IMG/VR virus record: IMGVR_UViG_3300034101_003866
Span: 1-64,000 of that record
Source: a virus
Length of the DNA stretch: 64,000 nt
Direction: 5' to 3' (one strand)
This document shows, piece after piece, positions 19,046 through 29,272 of this stretch. The number at the start of each line of letters is the position of its first letter. Within the stretch, counting starts at the first letter, position 1. Under the pieces are notes generated by a model. That model did no database searches and was not told where the DNA came from. It worked only from the letters and a program-made list of their open reading frames with translations. The position numbers and the translations under genes are program-made.

Positions 19046-19727
19046 GGATCCAAGTATTAGTGATGAGCAATATATTAATTATGGATCTAAATTTAGGTGT
19101 GTTGTAGCAATATGCGGCGTAGAGGATGATAATCAATTATATTGTGCGTCTGCTGTTGCTATAAAACCTCACTGGATATTAACGGCTGCTCATGTTATTA
19201 AAAGAGCTAAAACTTGTACAGTAACAGTGGGTGATAAAAAAATTAATGTTTCAGTATTTATTCCTCATAAGGAATTTGAAAATAATAATTTTGGATATTA
19301 TGATATTGGTTTAGCTTATTGTGATGAGGATATAGGATTAGATTTTTATCCAGAATTTTATACAGAATCAGACGAGGTTGGTAAAGTTTGTGCATTGGCC
19401 GGTTATGGCATAACTGGCACATTTGAGACCGGGGCAAAGATAGGAGATCGTAAAAAAAGAGGTGGATCTAATAGGATTATGGGCATTGAGAGACATCTAC
19501 TGACCTGTGATTTAAAAGATAGCAATACTGCTATGGAGTTTTTAATAGCAAGTGGAGACAGCGGAGGTGGATTATTTATTGATAAAAAATTGGCCGGAAT
19601 TACTTCATGTGTTATGACAACAGATGGACATACTGATTCAAATCATAATGATGAAAGTGGTCATACTAGAATTAGTCAACATATAAACTGGATAGAAAGT
19701 ACTATAAATGAAAATGAAAAAAAATAA
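18981..19727 (+). CDS. trypsin-like (S1) serine protease with signal peptide
   Basis: WILTAAHV, YDIGL and GDSGGGL triad; hydrophobic N-terminus. Confidence 0.9.
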   Translation: MKTIVYLIVAFIGYSISLAGTRDPSISDEQYINYGSKFRCVVAICGVEDDNQLYCASAVAIKPHWILTAAHVIKRAKTCTVTVGDKKINVSVFIPHKEFENNNFGYYDIGLAYCDEDIGLDFYPEFYTESDEVGKVCALAGYGITGTFETGAKIGDRKKRGGSNRIMGIERHLLTCDLKDSNTAMEFLIASGDSGGGLFIDKKLAGITSCVMTTDGHTDSNHNDESGHTRISQHINWIESTINENEKK

Positions 19728-20634
19728 AATAGGCTTACTCCCATATGTAACAGAAGAACTTCACGGATTATCGTCTGACGGTTCTCAAGAATATGGGTGG
19801 GAATTATTAAAGTTTAATATACCGGATTTATGGACTAAAACCGATGGAGATGGGGTAGTTGTCGCTGTTGTTGATACAGGGTGTGACTTGAATCATCCAG
19901 ATTTAAAAGATAATTTATTAGAGGGTAAAAATTTTGTTGATTCAAATAAGTCTCCTCAAGATGATAATGGTCATGGAAGTCACGTATCTTCAACAATAGC
20001 CGCTATTAATAATAGTACAGGAATGGTAGGCATAGCCCCAAGAACAAAAATAGTACCAGTAAAATCATTAGACGGAAATGGTACTGGGAGTATAGACAAT
20101 ATTGCTAAAGGAGTTATATGGGCGGCTGATCAAAATGTTAATTTTATTACAATGAGCTTAGGATCTCCGAGAGGAGTAAATTCATTAGAAGAAGCAATTA
20201 ACTACGCTAACTCTAAAGGATGTGTTGTATTCTGTGCTGCTGGAAATAGTGGGGAGAATGCGGACATAATGTATCCTGCTAAATATGAACAAACTATAAG
20301 TATTGGTGCGATAGACGAGAATCTTGACAGAACCAGTTTTACTTGTAGTGGTGAATCATTAGATTTTTTAGCTCCTGGACATAATATTTTAGGATGTATT
20401 CCAGGTGGAAGATATGCTCTTATGAGCGGAACCAGTATGAGCAATCCATTCGCCGTAGGATGTGCATCATTACTATTAAGCTATAATAACAAGCATAAAA
20501 GGTATAATTTAAAAACTCATAATGACTATATAGAGGTTTTCAAAAGCAATTGTTTTGATCTGAAAAATCCAAGATATAAGGGTATTAAAAAATACCAAGG
20601 ATATGGGGTCTTAAATCCATTACAACTATTTTAG
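19708..20634 (+). CDS. subtilisin-family (S8) protease, intracellular type
   Basis: VAVVDTG, NGHGSHV, AAGN, SGTSMSNP; short N-terminal extension containing LLPY. Confidence 0.92.
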   Translation: MKMKKNKIGLLPYVTEELHGLSSDGSQEYGWELLKFNIPDLWTKTDGDGVVVAVVDTGCDLNHPDLKDNLLEGKNFVDSNKSPQDDNGHGSHVSSTIAAINNSTGMVGIAPRTKIVPVKSLDGNGTGSIDNIAKGVIWAADQNVNFITMSLGSPRGVNSLEEAINYANSKGCVVFCAAGNSGENADIMYPAKYEQTISIGAIDENLDRTSFTCSGESLDFLAPGHNILGCIPGGRYALMSGTSMSNPFAVGCASLLLSYNNKHKRYNLKTHNDYIEVFKSNCFDLKNPRYKGIKKYQGYGVLNPLQLF

Positions 20635-20982
20635 ATTTTGTCGATGTAAATAATGTAATTTATAATTTGAATTATAGTTATTATAAGACGGCTTATTAGG
20701 ATTGTATAGTCTGCGACGATTTTGAGGATTCTCCATCTGCATCCTTTGTCTATTCATTTCCAGTTCATATTCTGATTGGTCATGATAGTTATCGGATATT
20801 CTTGATCGTCTCTCTGTGTCCATTAAGGATCTAGGATCAGAAAATGGAACGCTTGTATTATTAGAATAATAAAAAAAACTACTCATACTATCAGATAACA
20901 TCTGATTCTCTGGATTGTTCCAGTGTTGAGCATTAAGATTTACAGAGAGCAGAATTAAAATAAAAATTGACTTGTATAACAT
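20626..20982 (-). CDS. hypothetical secreted protein
   Basis: AAGGAG RBS before ATG 20982; signal-peptide-like MLYKSIFILILLSVNLNA. Confidence 0.6.
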   Translation of the reverse strand: MLYKSIFILILLSVNLNAQHWNNPENQMLSDSMSSFFYYSNNTSVPFSDPRSLMDTERRSRISDNYHDQSEYELEMNRQRMQMENPQNRRRLYNPNKPSYNNYNSNYKLHYLHRQNLK

Positions 20983-21004
20983 TTTTTCTCCTTGTGTCAC
21001 TTAT

Positions 21005-21033
21005 ATAGTATATCAAAGTGGCCAAAAGGACAA
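21005..21033 (-). promoter_or_regulatory. sigma70-like promoter (extended -10)
   Basis: minus strand reads TTGTCC...TGaTATACTat upstream of the 20982 gene. Confidence 0.45.
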
Positions 21034-21094
21034 GATGCGATACTAATTAAATTTATAGCTATTGCTATTCAATATAACGTTTTATTTTATTACA

Positions 21095-22066
21095 TTACCA
21101 GTTATTTAGTTCTAACAGCTTAATAGTATGATTTATACCATTTTGATCATGTATAAAATTTAAATAATATTCCCTAGCATTATTTGAAATAAACTCTAAA
21201 AAGTCCTCATCCCCCTTAATCTGTAAAAATCTTTCTTCAATTAGTTTAGCGTGTTCTTGTGTTGCAGTATGTTCTTCTCTATTCTCTATTGGTGGGCCAG
21301 CAGAGATATAATGAAAATTTGGTATGAGATTGGGACTCATTTCATTGGTATATTCAAATCGTAACATAGGAACACCCATAGCCATATATTCTATGTCTCT
21401 ATAGCATATTTGGGCAGATCCGGCACAAGAAAATCCAACTTTATAATTAATTAGTTCATTAGCATAGTTATCAAAATTTCCAATAGAATTTCCTCCATAG
21501 AATAAATTAGTATTGAAAAATTTGATCATTGGTCTATGTTCCAGACCAGTGCCTCTAAAATAGAACTTATCAATAAATAATGATATTTTTTTACGTTTAT
21601 TGTATAGAGTATTTAAATCATATAAATTAGATGGAAAATATATCCAAGGACTATAAATATCGTCTATATTTTTATCATAGCAGTGATGTAATATATCCTT
21701 ACGATTAAATTGAGATATTAATACTTTATTTACGAATGGTTTTGCCCTTTCGTTATTAAATAATCCAAGATTAATATCACTAAAATAATCACTTACAGAT
21801 AGTATCTTTATCTCTTTAGAGTCATAATTTTCTAAAATCATTTCACATTCAAGCATTATTGTAGAATGATCGATAGATTCATTGTCGTTATCATAAAGAA
21901 GTTTAACAGGATATCTCTCTTTATGACAATTAATAAAATATCTGTTTTCAATAATATCAAATTTTTCTTTTAGACTTGAAACTAAGTTATCAAAAAAAAT
22001 ATTATAGTATCTATATTTTTTCGTTATAAAATTAGTTGGATTATGTACTATTATTCTGGATTTCAT
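21095..22066 (-). CDS. glycosyltransferase-like protein (GT-B, GT47/GT90-like C-terminus)
   Basis: FYFRG...YKVGFSCAG...CYRDIEYMAMGVP...LIPNFHYI. Confidence 0.55.
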   Translation of the reverse strand: MKSRIIVHNPTNFITKKYRYYNIFFDNLVSSLKEKFDIIENRYFINCHKERYPVKLLYDNDNESIDHSTIMLECEMILENYDSKEIKILSVSDYFSDINLGLFNNERAKPFVNKVLISQFNRKDILHHCYDKNIDDIYSPWIYFPSNLYDLNTLYNKRKKISLFIDKFYFRGTGLEHRPMIKFFNTNLFYGGNSIGNFDNYANELINYKVGFSCAGSAQICYRDIEYMAMGVPMLRFEYTNEMSPNLIPNFHYISAGPPIENREEHTATQEHAKLIEERFLQIKGDEDFLEFISNNAREYYLNFIHDQNGINHTIKLLELNNW

Positions 22067-23640
22067 AGTTTATGAATAATAAATTTATCAGTAAAAATAT
22101 TGTCTAATCCAGAATTATCTAACATATAAATTGCGTCTTTGTACGTGTTTATGAGTGGTTTGCCATTAACATTAAATGACGTATTCAGTAAAACTCCTAT
22201 ACCAGATTGTTTTTCAAATTCTGTTAATAGATCATATATAAAAGCATTCTGATCTCTTGTAACAGTTTGTAATCTGGCTGTTCCATCAACGTGAGTAATT
22301 GATACTAGTTGGTCTTTATATTCTGGTCTGACTTTAGCATAGTAGCTCATGAACCTACTTTCTCCATCAAACTCAAAATACTTATTAGCATCTTCTAATT
22401 TAACTATTGGGGCAAATGGTCTGAACCACTCTCTCTTTTTTACTTTATCATTTAAAATATCTTTCATATTAGGAATAGAGGGATTGCATAAAATACTTCT
22501 ATTACCTAATGCTCTGGGCCCATGTTCAGAGTTACCCTGTATCAAACCAACTATATTACCATTAGTTAATAGTTTAGCAGCTTTCTCGTGGCTATATTTT
22601 GAGGAGTGTCTAATTTCTATTATCTCATAAAGATTATAAGGATCTAAAACTGGTAAACCTCCATATGTTACATCAACTTGATTTTTTGGTTTCTCATGAT
22701 CTAGTAACATTCCAAGAGCTAATCCACAATCATTAGAATTTGGTGCAACAAATGTGGGCCTATTGAATAAATCTTTAACTTTGGTATTACATACAACATT
22801 CAGAGCACATCCTCCAGTTAGACATATTGGCATATCTGGATATTCATTAACAACTGGAGTTATTAGTTCAAAAAATACTTCTTCAAATGCTGCCTGGGAC
22901 GTAGCAGCTATATCTAGAGCAATTTGACCATCTATCCTATTATCTGTTGTGAAAACAACTCCAATATTAGATCCTACTATAGTATTGATTTTTGATAAGT
23001 AATTTCCACCATCAGGTTTACTATAGTAATATTCTTTAAAATATGGTAGCCATTCACTATTAATTTTACCATATCCGCATAATCCCATAAGTTTTCCAGA
23101 ATAAACAAGATTTCCCATTCCTAATTCTGATTCAAATTTTATAGGAGATAGAAAATGGCCAAAAGACATATATGCAAATCCAAAATCAATTTCAATACGT
23201 TTAATATTTTTTACACTATTTTCTCTAGTAGCATAAAATATATTAAAGAATCCGTCGCTACCACCACCATCATAACTAATAACTAAAGACTCTTGAAAGG
23301 GAGACTGATAAAATGTGCTAGAAGCATGAGCGTGATGATGTAAGCAAGATACTCTTTCTTTTGCATTTATAAATTTTTCATAATGTAAATACTCATCTCC
23401 ATATACTACATCGGTATTAGAATATATAACAGTATCAAAATTTAAATCTATATTAAAATGAGTATTGATATAATTTAACATTTCTTGAAGAATAAATTTA
23501 TTATGATGACATAATAGATATTGAGTTAATCCATAATTTTTTCTATTAATAAATCTTTCTATTTCGATTACTCTATAATTAGAACCGTCTCTAAAAGCGA
23601 TTCCACCATTATGAGATCCGTATATAGCAATATTATTCAT
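22063..23640 (-). CDS. carbamoyltransferase (NodU/CmcH family)
   Basis: ERFINRK, HHHAHA, DGGG, GKLMGL, GGCALN, EHGPRALGNRS, REWFRPFAP, HVDGTARLQTV, LNTSFN. Confidence 0.93.
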   Translation of the reverse strand: MNNIAIYGSHNGGIAFRDGSNYRVIEIERFINRKNYGLTQYLLCHHNKFILQEMLNYINTHFNIDLNFDTVIYSNTDVVYGDEYLHYEKFINAKERVSCLHHHAHASSTFYQSPFQESLVISYDGGGSDGFFNIFYATRENSVKNIKRIEIDFGFAYMSFGHFLSPIKFESELGMGNLVYSGKLMGLCGYGKINSEWLPYFKEYYYSKPDGGNYLSKINTIVGSNIGVVFTTDNRIDGQIALDIAATSQAAFEEVFFELITPVVNEYPDMPICLTGGCALNVVCNTKVKDLFNRPTFVAPNSNDCGLALGMLLDHEKPKNQVDVTYGGLPVLDPYNLYEIIEIRHSSKYSHEKAAKLLTNGNIVGLIQGNSEHGPRALGNRSILCNPSIPNMKDILNDKVKKREWFRPFAPIVKLEDANKYFEFDGESRFMSYYAKVRPEYKDQLVSITHVDGTARLQTVTRDQNAFIYDLLTEFEKQSGIGVLLNTSFNVNGKPLINTYKDAIYMLDNSGLDNIFTDKFIIHKL

Positions 23641-24341
23641 TTTTGTTTAGGCACTAACAGGCCGTCTCCACGTATTGTTGAAATATCAATGTGTTCATAG
23701 TTATATTTATTTGAATAGTCATTAAGAATTGATTGAGCAAACTCTGTTGTTTGTCCACCAGCAGTATAATTAATTTCAAATTCAATAATGGGTTTATATG
23801 TTAAAATATCTACTATGGATAGTATGTCTTTTAAAATTAAAATATCACTATTTTCAGTATCTATCTTGATAAAGATTTTTTTATTTAATAAATTGTATTC
23901 TTTTAAAAAATCTGATATTTTTTTGGTTTCTTTTTTATTTGTATTTTTATATGAGTTAGTTTTTGATAATCCAAAATTAATATAGTCTTCATTTTTAGAA
24001 ATATGATAATCCATATATTCATCATCAAAATTAATATGTGTTTTAGTGTCTAAAATTATCTCATTAAATACTGACACAATAGGATCATTAGAATACTTAT
24101 CTTTCATATATTGTGATAATTTAGGGCTGCCTTCAAATAAATATGCTTTTTCAATATTTACAATAGATTTTTGTTTAATTAAATCGTATACTTTTCCTAC
24201 ATTAGCTCCAATATCTATGTATATAACTGGATCTTGTTTATAATAAGATTTTAAAGTATCTGATATGCCACATAAAAATGGTTCCACATGTTGTGAGCAG
24301 TGATAATCGTCCCATTTTTTTATATATGAATTATAGTCCAT
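23637..24341 (-). CDS. FkbM-family SAM methyltransferase
   Basis: YIDIGANVG, FEGSP, FIKIDTE. Confidence 0.8.
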   Translation of the reverse strand: MDYNSYIKKWDDYHCSQHVEPFLCGISDTLKSYYKQDPVIYIDIGANVGKVYDLIKQKSIVNIEKAYLFEGSPKLSQYMKDKYSNDPIVSVFNEIILDTKTHINFDDEYMDYHISKNEDYINFGLSKTNSYKNTNKKETKKISDFLKEYNLLNKKIFIKIDTENSDILILKDILSIVDILTYKPIIEFEINYTAGGQTTEFAQSILNDYSNKYNYEHIDISTIRGDGLLVPKQK

Positions 24342-24343
24342 AA

Positions 24344-25636
24344 TTATAAATTACCTGTTATAGGATCTGCCCAACCCTTTTTAATACTGTGGGGCCATAC
24401 TATCCAACTAGTAGGAAGTTTTTCGGCCTGAAATTCTCTCCATACTTTACAATAATTATCGGGATCGTTTTTCATAGATAGTATTTCATTAGCATCAGCA
24501 TCTTGCCGATACATATCCTCTCCATGTTCATCCTTGAAAGCAACAGCCCAAAAATCATAATCATTCTCTGGAACTTGATCATATTGAATATCTATGCAGT
24601 GCTTAAATATTCTTAATAGTTTACTATCAAATTCTTCGTCTGATAAATTGGTTGTTTCTGGGTCTGGGGGCGGTTTTCGATCAATAACTCTTTTAGTGAT
24701 TGCTCTTTTACCAAAACATAGTCCACTATATTTTTCATAATCTCTTAATGTTCTTACTGATCCGAATCCGTATGGTCCAAAATCAATATCTCGTTTCTCT
24801 CCATCCATTTCAAAAAGTTTACGGTTTTTTAAATGACAATAACTATTTCTCTGAGCCCAATCTTTATCATCATCCCACTGTTTCGTTCTTCCTTTTCTTG
24901 TGTATTCGTGCCAACATACGACTTTATTAGGATGAAAAAGATCATATCCCCATGTATACGCTCTAACAGCTATACTTATTTCTTCTCCGTGAAAATAATA
25001 CTCTGGATCATGAGGAACCTCAATACTAAATTCTCCTAGAGTAAAAGCGAAATGAGCACTGTAGAATCTAGCAGGAAGAGGTTTGCTAATATCATCATGG
25101 GGCTCGTATGATGCAGGAAGAAAGAAAACGGCGCCTTCTGGAATGAATCTGTCGAAGTTCATTTTCCATGGTTCATTAACTCTGGCGCCTGGATCATTAT
25201 CTGGATCAAAACTAGGAATATAGCCGGTTAATAATGGTTTTTTATATCCGTCTTCTTGTAAACCTTTTAACATATTAATAAGTTCAGTATCCCAATGCTC
25301 AATGAATCTATGATGACTATCTAATTGAAGAGTATATTTTTCTCCTTCATATAAGGATTGAACACTGTTTCTTGCCCAACACACACCCTTGCTCTCAAGA
25401 TAATTAATATCTAATATTTTAAATCTTGGATCATTTTTAAATTCATCTAAATTATCCCATTCATCCTTATCACAGTGTTGCCAGCATATACCAAACCTTA
25501 ATAATTCGGGATGGTCGGCTTTATCTATCATATCTTTAAGAGTTGGCAACAATTGAGGATCTCTATAAGAAGCTATTTGGATAAAAATAGTATTCTTACG
25601 ATCTGTTTTAATTTTCTTTTCTTTCTTGCGCTTCAT
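24344..25636 (-). CDS. GT60-family polypeptide alpha-GlcNAc transferase-like protein (Gnt1/Gnt2 type)
   Basis: IFIQIASYRDP, SKGVCWAR, LQLDSHHRF, VPHDP..YFHGEEI, RAYTWGYDLFHP. Confidence 0.88.
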   Translation of the reverse strand: MKRKKEKKIKTDRKNTIFIQIASYRDPQLLPTLKDMIDKADHPELLRFGICWQHCDKDEWDNLDEFKNDPRFKILDINYLESKGVCWARNSVQSLYEGEKYTLQLDSHHRFIEHWDTELINMLKGLQEDGYKKPLLTGYIPSFDPDNDPGARVNEPWKMNFDRFIPEGAVFFLPASYEPHDDISKPLPARFYSAHFAFTLGEFSIEVPHDPEYYFHGEEISIAVRAYTWGYDLFHPNKVVCWHEYTRKGRTKQWDDDKDWAQRNSYCHLKNRKLFEMDGEKRDIDFGPYGFGSVRTLRDYEKYSGLCFGKRAITKRVIDRKPPPDPETTNLSDEEFDSKLLRIFKHCIDIQYDQVPENDYDFWAVAFKDEHGEDMYRQDADANEILSMKNDPDNYCKVWREFQAEKLPTSWIVWPHSIKKGWADPITGNL

Positions 25637-27260
25637 AAAAATGTACTCTGTTATGTGTTATAGGACTAGATAATAATATTGCCGAACGAACTTTTTCTTC
25701 AATAGTTAATGTGTATATATGACTCATCCATGTTTGTTCAAATGGATTTTCCCATTTTGTGTCTAAAAAAAGCTTTTGATTGCCTTCTTGATCTATAATA
25801 TGAGGCCAATTACAGTAGTAAACTTCTCCTTCGGCATAAGGATTTCCATTATAAGATTTTATATGATGGAATTTTGTTGGAGGTTTTTTATTACCTCTTC
25901 CAAAAAATTTCATTCTTTTTTCTGAAGGAACATTATGCCAACTCCATTGGTCAGAATTATTTCCATAAAATTCGCTAAAACTTAATTTTAGAAAATCATA
26001 GTGTTCATTCTCCATGATTTTTATAGAGACACTAAAAAGATTGTCTACTCTCTTATTGAAACCAAAGGGGCATCTGTTCTCAAAATCTAAAAGCATATCA
26101 TCCTCAAAAAAGAACATATACTTTGATCCGCTATCAGCAAAGTGCTCTGCTGCTATCTGTCTAGATCGACAGATTCCTTTATTTCCGTGCCTTATTTCTT
26201 CAAAATTATATTTTTTTGTTATAGTGTCATATTTTTCAAATAGTTCTTCTTTGGTTGTATTATTTAATAAAATTTTTCTGGTTTTATTCAAGAAGTTTTG
26301 ATCATATTTTTCAAAGCTATCTAAAACCATTTGTAATTGTTCTGGAGAATTGAATGCATTAATATATAATATAGTATTATTATTAGTGTGTTTTTTTCTA
26401 TTTGGTTTTCCAATATCTTGTACTATAGTTATATTATTTTTTACTTTTTCAAAAAATGTAGAAATTAATCCATTATCATCTATCATTTCATATTTAAAAA
26501 CATCGGGATCAAGATAGGTCATTATGGTAAAAATACTCTCTTCAGTACCCATTAAACCAGAATTAAGACTATCATTTAGCAGAGAATAGTAAAGTTCATT
26601 AGCTTTTGATATGTAGTCTATATGTCCACCAAAAAATCCACCTCTAGCTACCCTATTAACACTATCACTATGACAGTATTCCTTCATTTTGTCTATCTTG
26701 AATCCATGTATTTCAGATGTTGTTTCATATGGAAAACAAACGAATAAAAATTTATCAACTATACTTTCTATTTTTTCTATTACATTATCATGACTAAAAT
26801 ACCCAGGATGAACAGTATTCGTTATTCCTCCATCTAACCAAAATAAATACTCTGTATTAAAAGGATTGAAGCACTTAGCGTTGTGTAGTAGGAACATTTT
26901 GCTCATAACCATAGGATTATATAGCTCCATGACACATTGGGTGCTGTCTTTAAGCCATCCTACTTGATTTTGCCACTCTTCATTTAATCTTATTTTTTGT
27001 ACATTATCGAAAAATGGGAAAAATGATCCTCTAAACTGCTCCCTAGAATGATGATAAACAACAGTATTTGACTTATCTCTATGTTCCCAGACAATATGTT
27101 CGTGTTCTTTGTCTATAAAAACTATTAATGGGACATTTTTTAGGGATTTGAGCAGGATAATAAAATTATCAACATAATGCTGAAAGGATCTTCCCCATCC
27201 ATCAGATAGATTATCCCTACCAAGATCCCATATGCCAGTCACGATAGTAGAGTTTATCAT
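25608..27260 (-). CDS. HtrL/YibB-family domain fused to a GT-A-like domain
   Basis: TIVTGIWDLGR, WLDGG, GGFFGG, GTEESIFT; C-terminal half has FFEDD; likely start is ATG 27260. Confidence 0.75.
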   Translation of the reverse strand: MINSTIVTGIWDLGRDNLSDGWGRSFQHYVDNFIILLKSLKNVPLIVFIDKEHEHIVWEHRDKSNTVVYHHSREQFRGSFFPFFDNVQKIRLNEEWQNQVGWLKDSTQCVMELYNPMVMSKMFLLHNAKCFNPFNTEYLFWLDGGITNTVHPGYFSHDNVIEKIESIVDKFLFVCFPYETTSEIHGFKIDKMKEYCHSDSVNRVARGGFFGGHIDYISKANELYYSLLNDSLNSGLMGTEESIFTIMTYLDPDVFKYEMIDDNGLISTFFEKVKNNITIVQDIGKPNRKKHTNNNTILYINAFNSPEQLQMVLDSFEKYDQNFLNKTRKILLNNTTKEELFEKYDTITKKYNFEEIRHGNKGICRSRQIAAEHFADSGSKYMFFFEDDMLLDFENRCPFGFNKRVDNLFSVSIKIMENEHYDFLKLSFSEFYGNNSDQWSWHNVPSEKRMKFFGRGNKKPPTKFHHIKSYNGNPYAEGEVYYCNWPHIIDQEGNQKLFLDTKWENPFEQTWMSHIYTLTIEEKVRSAILLSSPITHNRVHFYEAQERKEN

Positions 27261-27355
27261 AGTTAAGTATGTATTATAGTATATCCACCCGCTCTGCATA
27301 ATATATAATCATAAATCACCTCATGGTCAAGGCTAAAAAATCTTATCGTGAGCTG

Positions 27356-27383
27356 TTGACATCCATTCAACTCGACCTATAAT
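27356..27383 (+). promoter_or_regulatory. consensus sigma70 promoter
   Basis: TTGACA (27356-61), 16-nt spacer, TATAAT (27378-83). Confidence 0.85.
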
Positions 27384-27417
27384 ACAATGGTATGGGTCAA
27401 TTTACTTGAGAGATGAA

Positions 27418-27612
27418 ATGAGAAATTTAGACGACGAGAACAGTGACAAAAAGCCAGAAAGAAGGCAGAAAGTTAAGAAGCAGCACATCAAAAGGAATAT
27501 GCTGGATGATGAGCTGATTAATAAAAATAATGCCAAAAAAGAAATAAAGAAACTCAAAGAGAGTTTCGATGATGAAGAATGGGAAAATTGGGATAGATTT
27601 TACAATCATTAA
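27418..27612 (+). CDS. small charged hypothetical protein
   Basis: ORF downstream of the promoter; acidic/aromatic C-terminus DDEEWENWD. Confidence 0.65.
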   Translation: MRNLDDENSDKKPERRQKVKKQHIKRNMLDDELINKNNAKKEIKKLKESFDDEEWENWDRFYNH

Positions 27613-27616
27613 TTAT

Positions 27617-27868
27617 ATGAAATATTTAGAAGAAATATCTACTGGCGAATGCTTTACTCTTGCTGGTAAGTATTTTATTTTAACAGCAGACTTTAAGAGA
27701 AATGGCGATAAATTAGCAGTATGTTTATCTGATGGATTATCGAAATGGGTCAAGTCTAATGATATGATTGATCCAATTGATGTATTCACGCTAGATAAAG
27801 ATAATAATATTATAGCAATGAAAGAAAGAATAAAAGATGTTGCTAATTCGACTACAGACATTTCTTAA
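27617..27868 (+). CDS. hypothetical protein
   Basis: operon-spaced ORF beginning MKYLEEISTGECF. Confidence 0.65.
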   Translation: MKYLEEISTGECFTLAGKYFILTADFKRNGDKLAVCLSDGLSKWVKSNDMIDPIDVFTLDKDNNIIAMKERIKDVANSTTDIS

Positions 27869-28091
27869 GTCTTTATTTTTTCATGTATGGAATGGCTTTC
27901 CTAAAACCACCCAATCTGAAATTTTAGATAGATACTCTATATGTATGGACTGTTCTGATTTTAATAGAGAAAGATCAGAATGTAACATATGTGGTTGTGC
28001 TATTAGCAAGAAGAGTAAGTTTTTAAATAAACTTGCTTGGGCAGATCAAGAATGTCCGGCTGGTAAGTGGCCAAAAATAACTAGAGGATAA
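27837..28091 (+). CDS. small Cys-rich metal-binding protein (DUF6171-like)
   Basis: RYSICMDC...CNICGC...ECPAGKW. Confidence 0.7.
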   Translation: MLLIRLQTFLKSLFFHVWNGFPKTTQSEILDRYSICMDCSDFNRERSECNICGCAISKKSKFLNKLAWADQECPAGKWPKITRG

Positions 28092-28092
28092 A

Positions 28093-28668
28093 ATGGTAAT
28101 TAAAACAATAAATAAAAAAAATACTCCTACTAATATAGTTTATTCAAATCATGACCTATTTGGAATGGTCAGAGACAGAGTAACAACAGGAAACGAAGGG
28201 GCGACAGTTTTTGTTCCTCACGTTTGTAATAATATCGACTTGTTTGGGGCAGGATTTGCTGCTCAGGTTGCTATAAAATATCCTATAGTTAAAGAGAACT
28301 ATCATTTGCTTGGTAAAAGTTTCTTAAAAACTAATCTTGGATATTCTCAAATTGTTAAAGTATATGAGAATGATAAATATAGACATAAACTATGTTTTGT
28401 TAATATGATAGGACAAAATGGAATTAAAAGTAGTACAAATATTAGACCATTAAATTATTTGGCACTAGTAAAATCTATGAACTCTTTATCTCAATATATT
28501 CATACTAATACAGGTTTCTTAAATAAGAGCGAGAAAATTGAAATTCATTGTCCTAAGTTCGGAAGCGGACTTGCTGGAGGTAATTGGGATTTTATAACAG
28601 ATCTTATAGAAGATATCTGGGGTAAGTTTTTTGTGACAGTATATAACTATCCTCCAAATAAAAAATAA
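28093..28668 (+). CDS. macrodomain ADP-ribose hydrolase (Poa1p/TARG1/DarG-like)
   Basis: HVCNN...FGAGFAAQV, NMIGQ, PKFGSGLAGGNW. Confidence 0.85.
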   Translation: MVIKTINKKNTPTNIVYSNHDLFGMVRDRVTTGNEGATVFVPHVCNNIDLFGAGFAAQVAIKYPIVKENYHLLGKSFLKTNLGYSQIVKVYENDKYRHKLCFVNMIGQNGIKSSTNIRPLNYLALVKSMNSLSQYIHTNTGFLNKSEKIEIHCPKFGSGLAGGNWDFITDLIEDIWGKFFVTVYNYPPNKK

Positions 28669-28669
28669 T

Positions 28670-29272
28670 ATGACTAATACCTATAAACAAACATGGTGGG
28701 ACAATAATTTAAATAACGAATATATGTTTAATGTATTCTTAGGATGGGTCGGAGACTCGTCAGCAAAGTCAAAAGTATTTTTTAGAGAATTTTTAAAACA
28801 GCATAATTTTGAATCTATTATTGATATAGGCTGTGGACCGGCGACAGAATTCTTTGGTTTCAAGAATGATAATATAAATATTGAGTACACTGGTGTTGAC
28901 TCCAGTGCTATTTTAGTAGATAAGAATCTTAAACAAGGAATACCCATGATAAAAGCAGAGGCTCACAGTATTCCTGTTGAAGATAGTAGCTATGAAATAG
29001 CTTTTTCTAGACACGTTTTAGAACATCAACCAGCATTTGGTCCAGTACTTGATGAAATGATAAGAATAGGAAAAAAACTAGCTGCTCATACATGGTTTAA
29101 AAAACCGTCAAATGAAGAAGTCATATCTTATGATCCGGCACAACAGCTCTATCATAATACATATAATAAAGAAGATATAAATAAGTATATCTTATCTAAT
29201 CAAAAAGTTAAAAATTTTGAATGGATAGAGATAGATGAAACAGAATGTCTACTATTAGTATGGCTCAAATGA
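28670..29272 (+). CDS. class I SAM-dependent methyltransferase
   Basis: IIDIGCG, YTGVD, SRHVLEH. Confidence 0.88.
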   Translation: MTNTYKQTWWDNNLNNEYMFNVFLGWVGDSSAKSKVFFREFLKQHNFESIIDIGCGPATEFFGFKNDNINIEYTGVDSSAILVDKNLKQGIPMIKAEAHSIPVEDSSYEIAFSRHVLEHQPAFGPVLDEMIRIGKKLAAHTWFKKPSNEEVISYDPAQQLYHNTYNKEDINKYILSNQKVKNFEWIEIDETECLLLVWLK

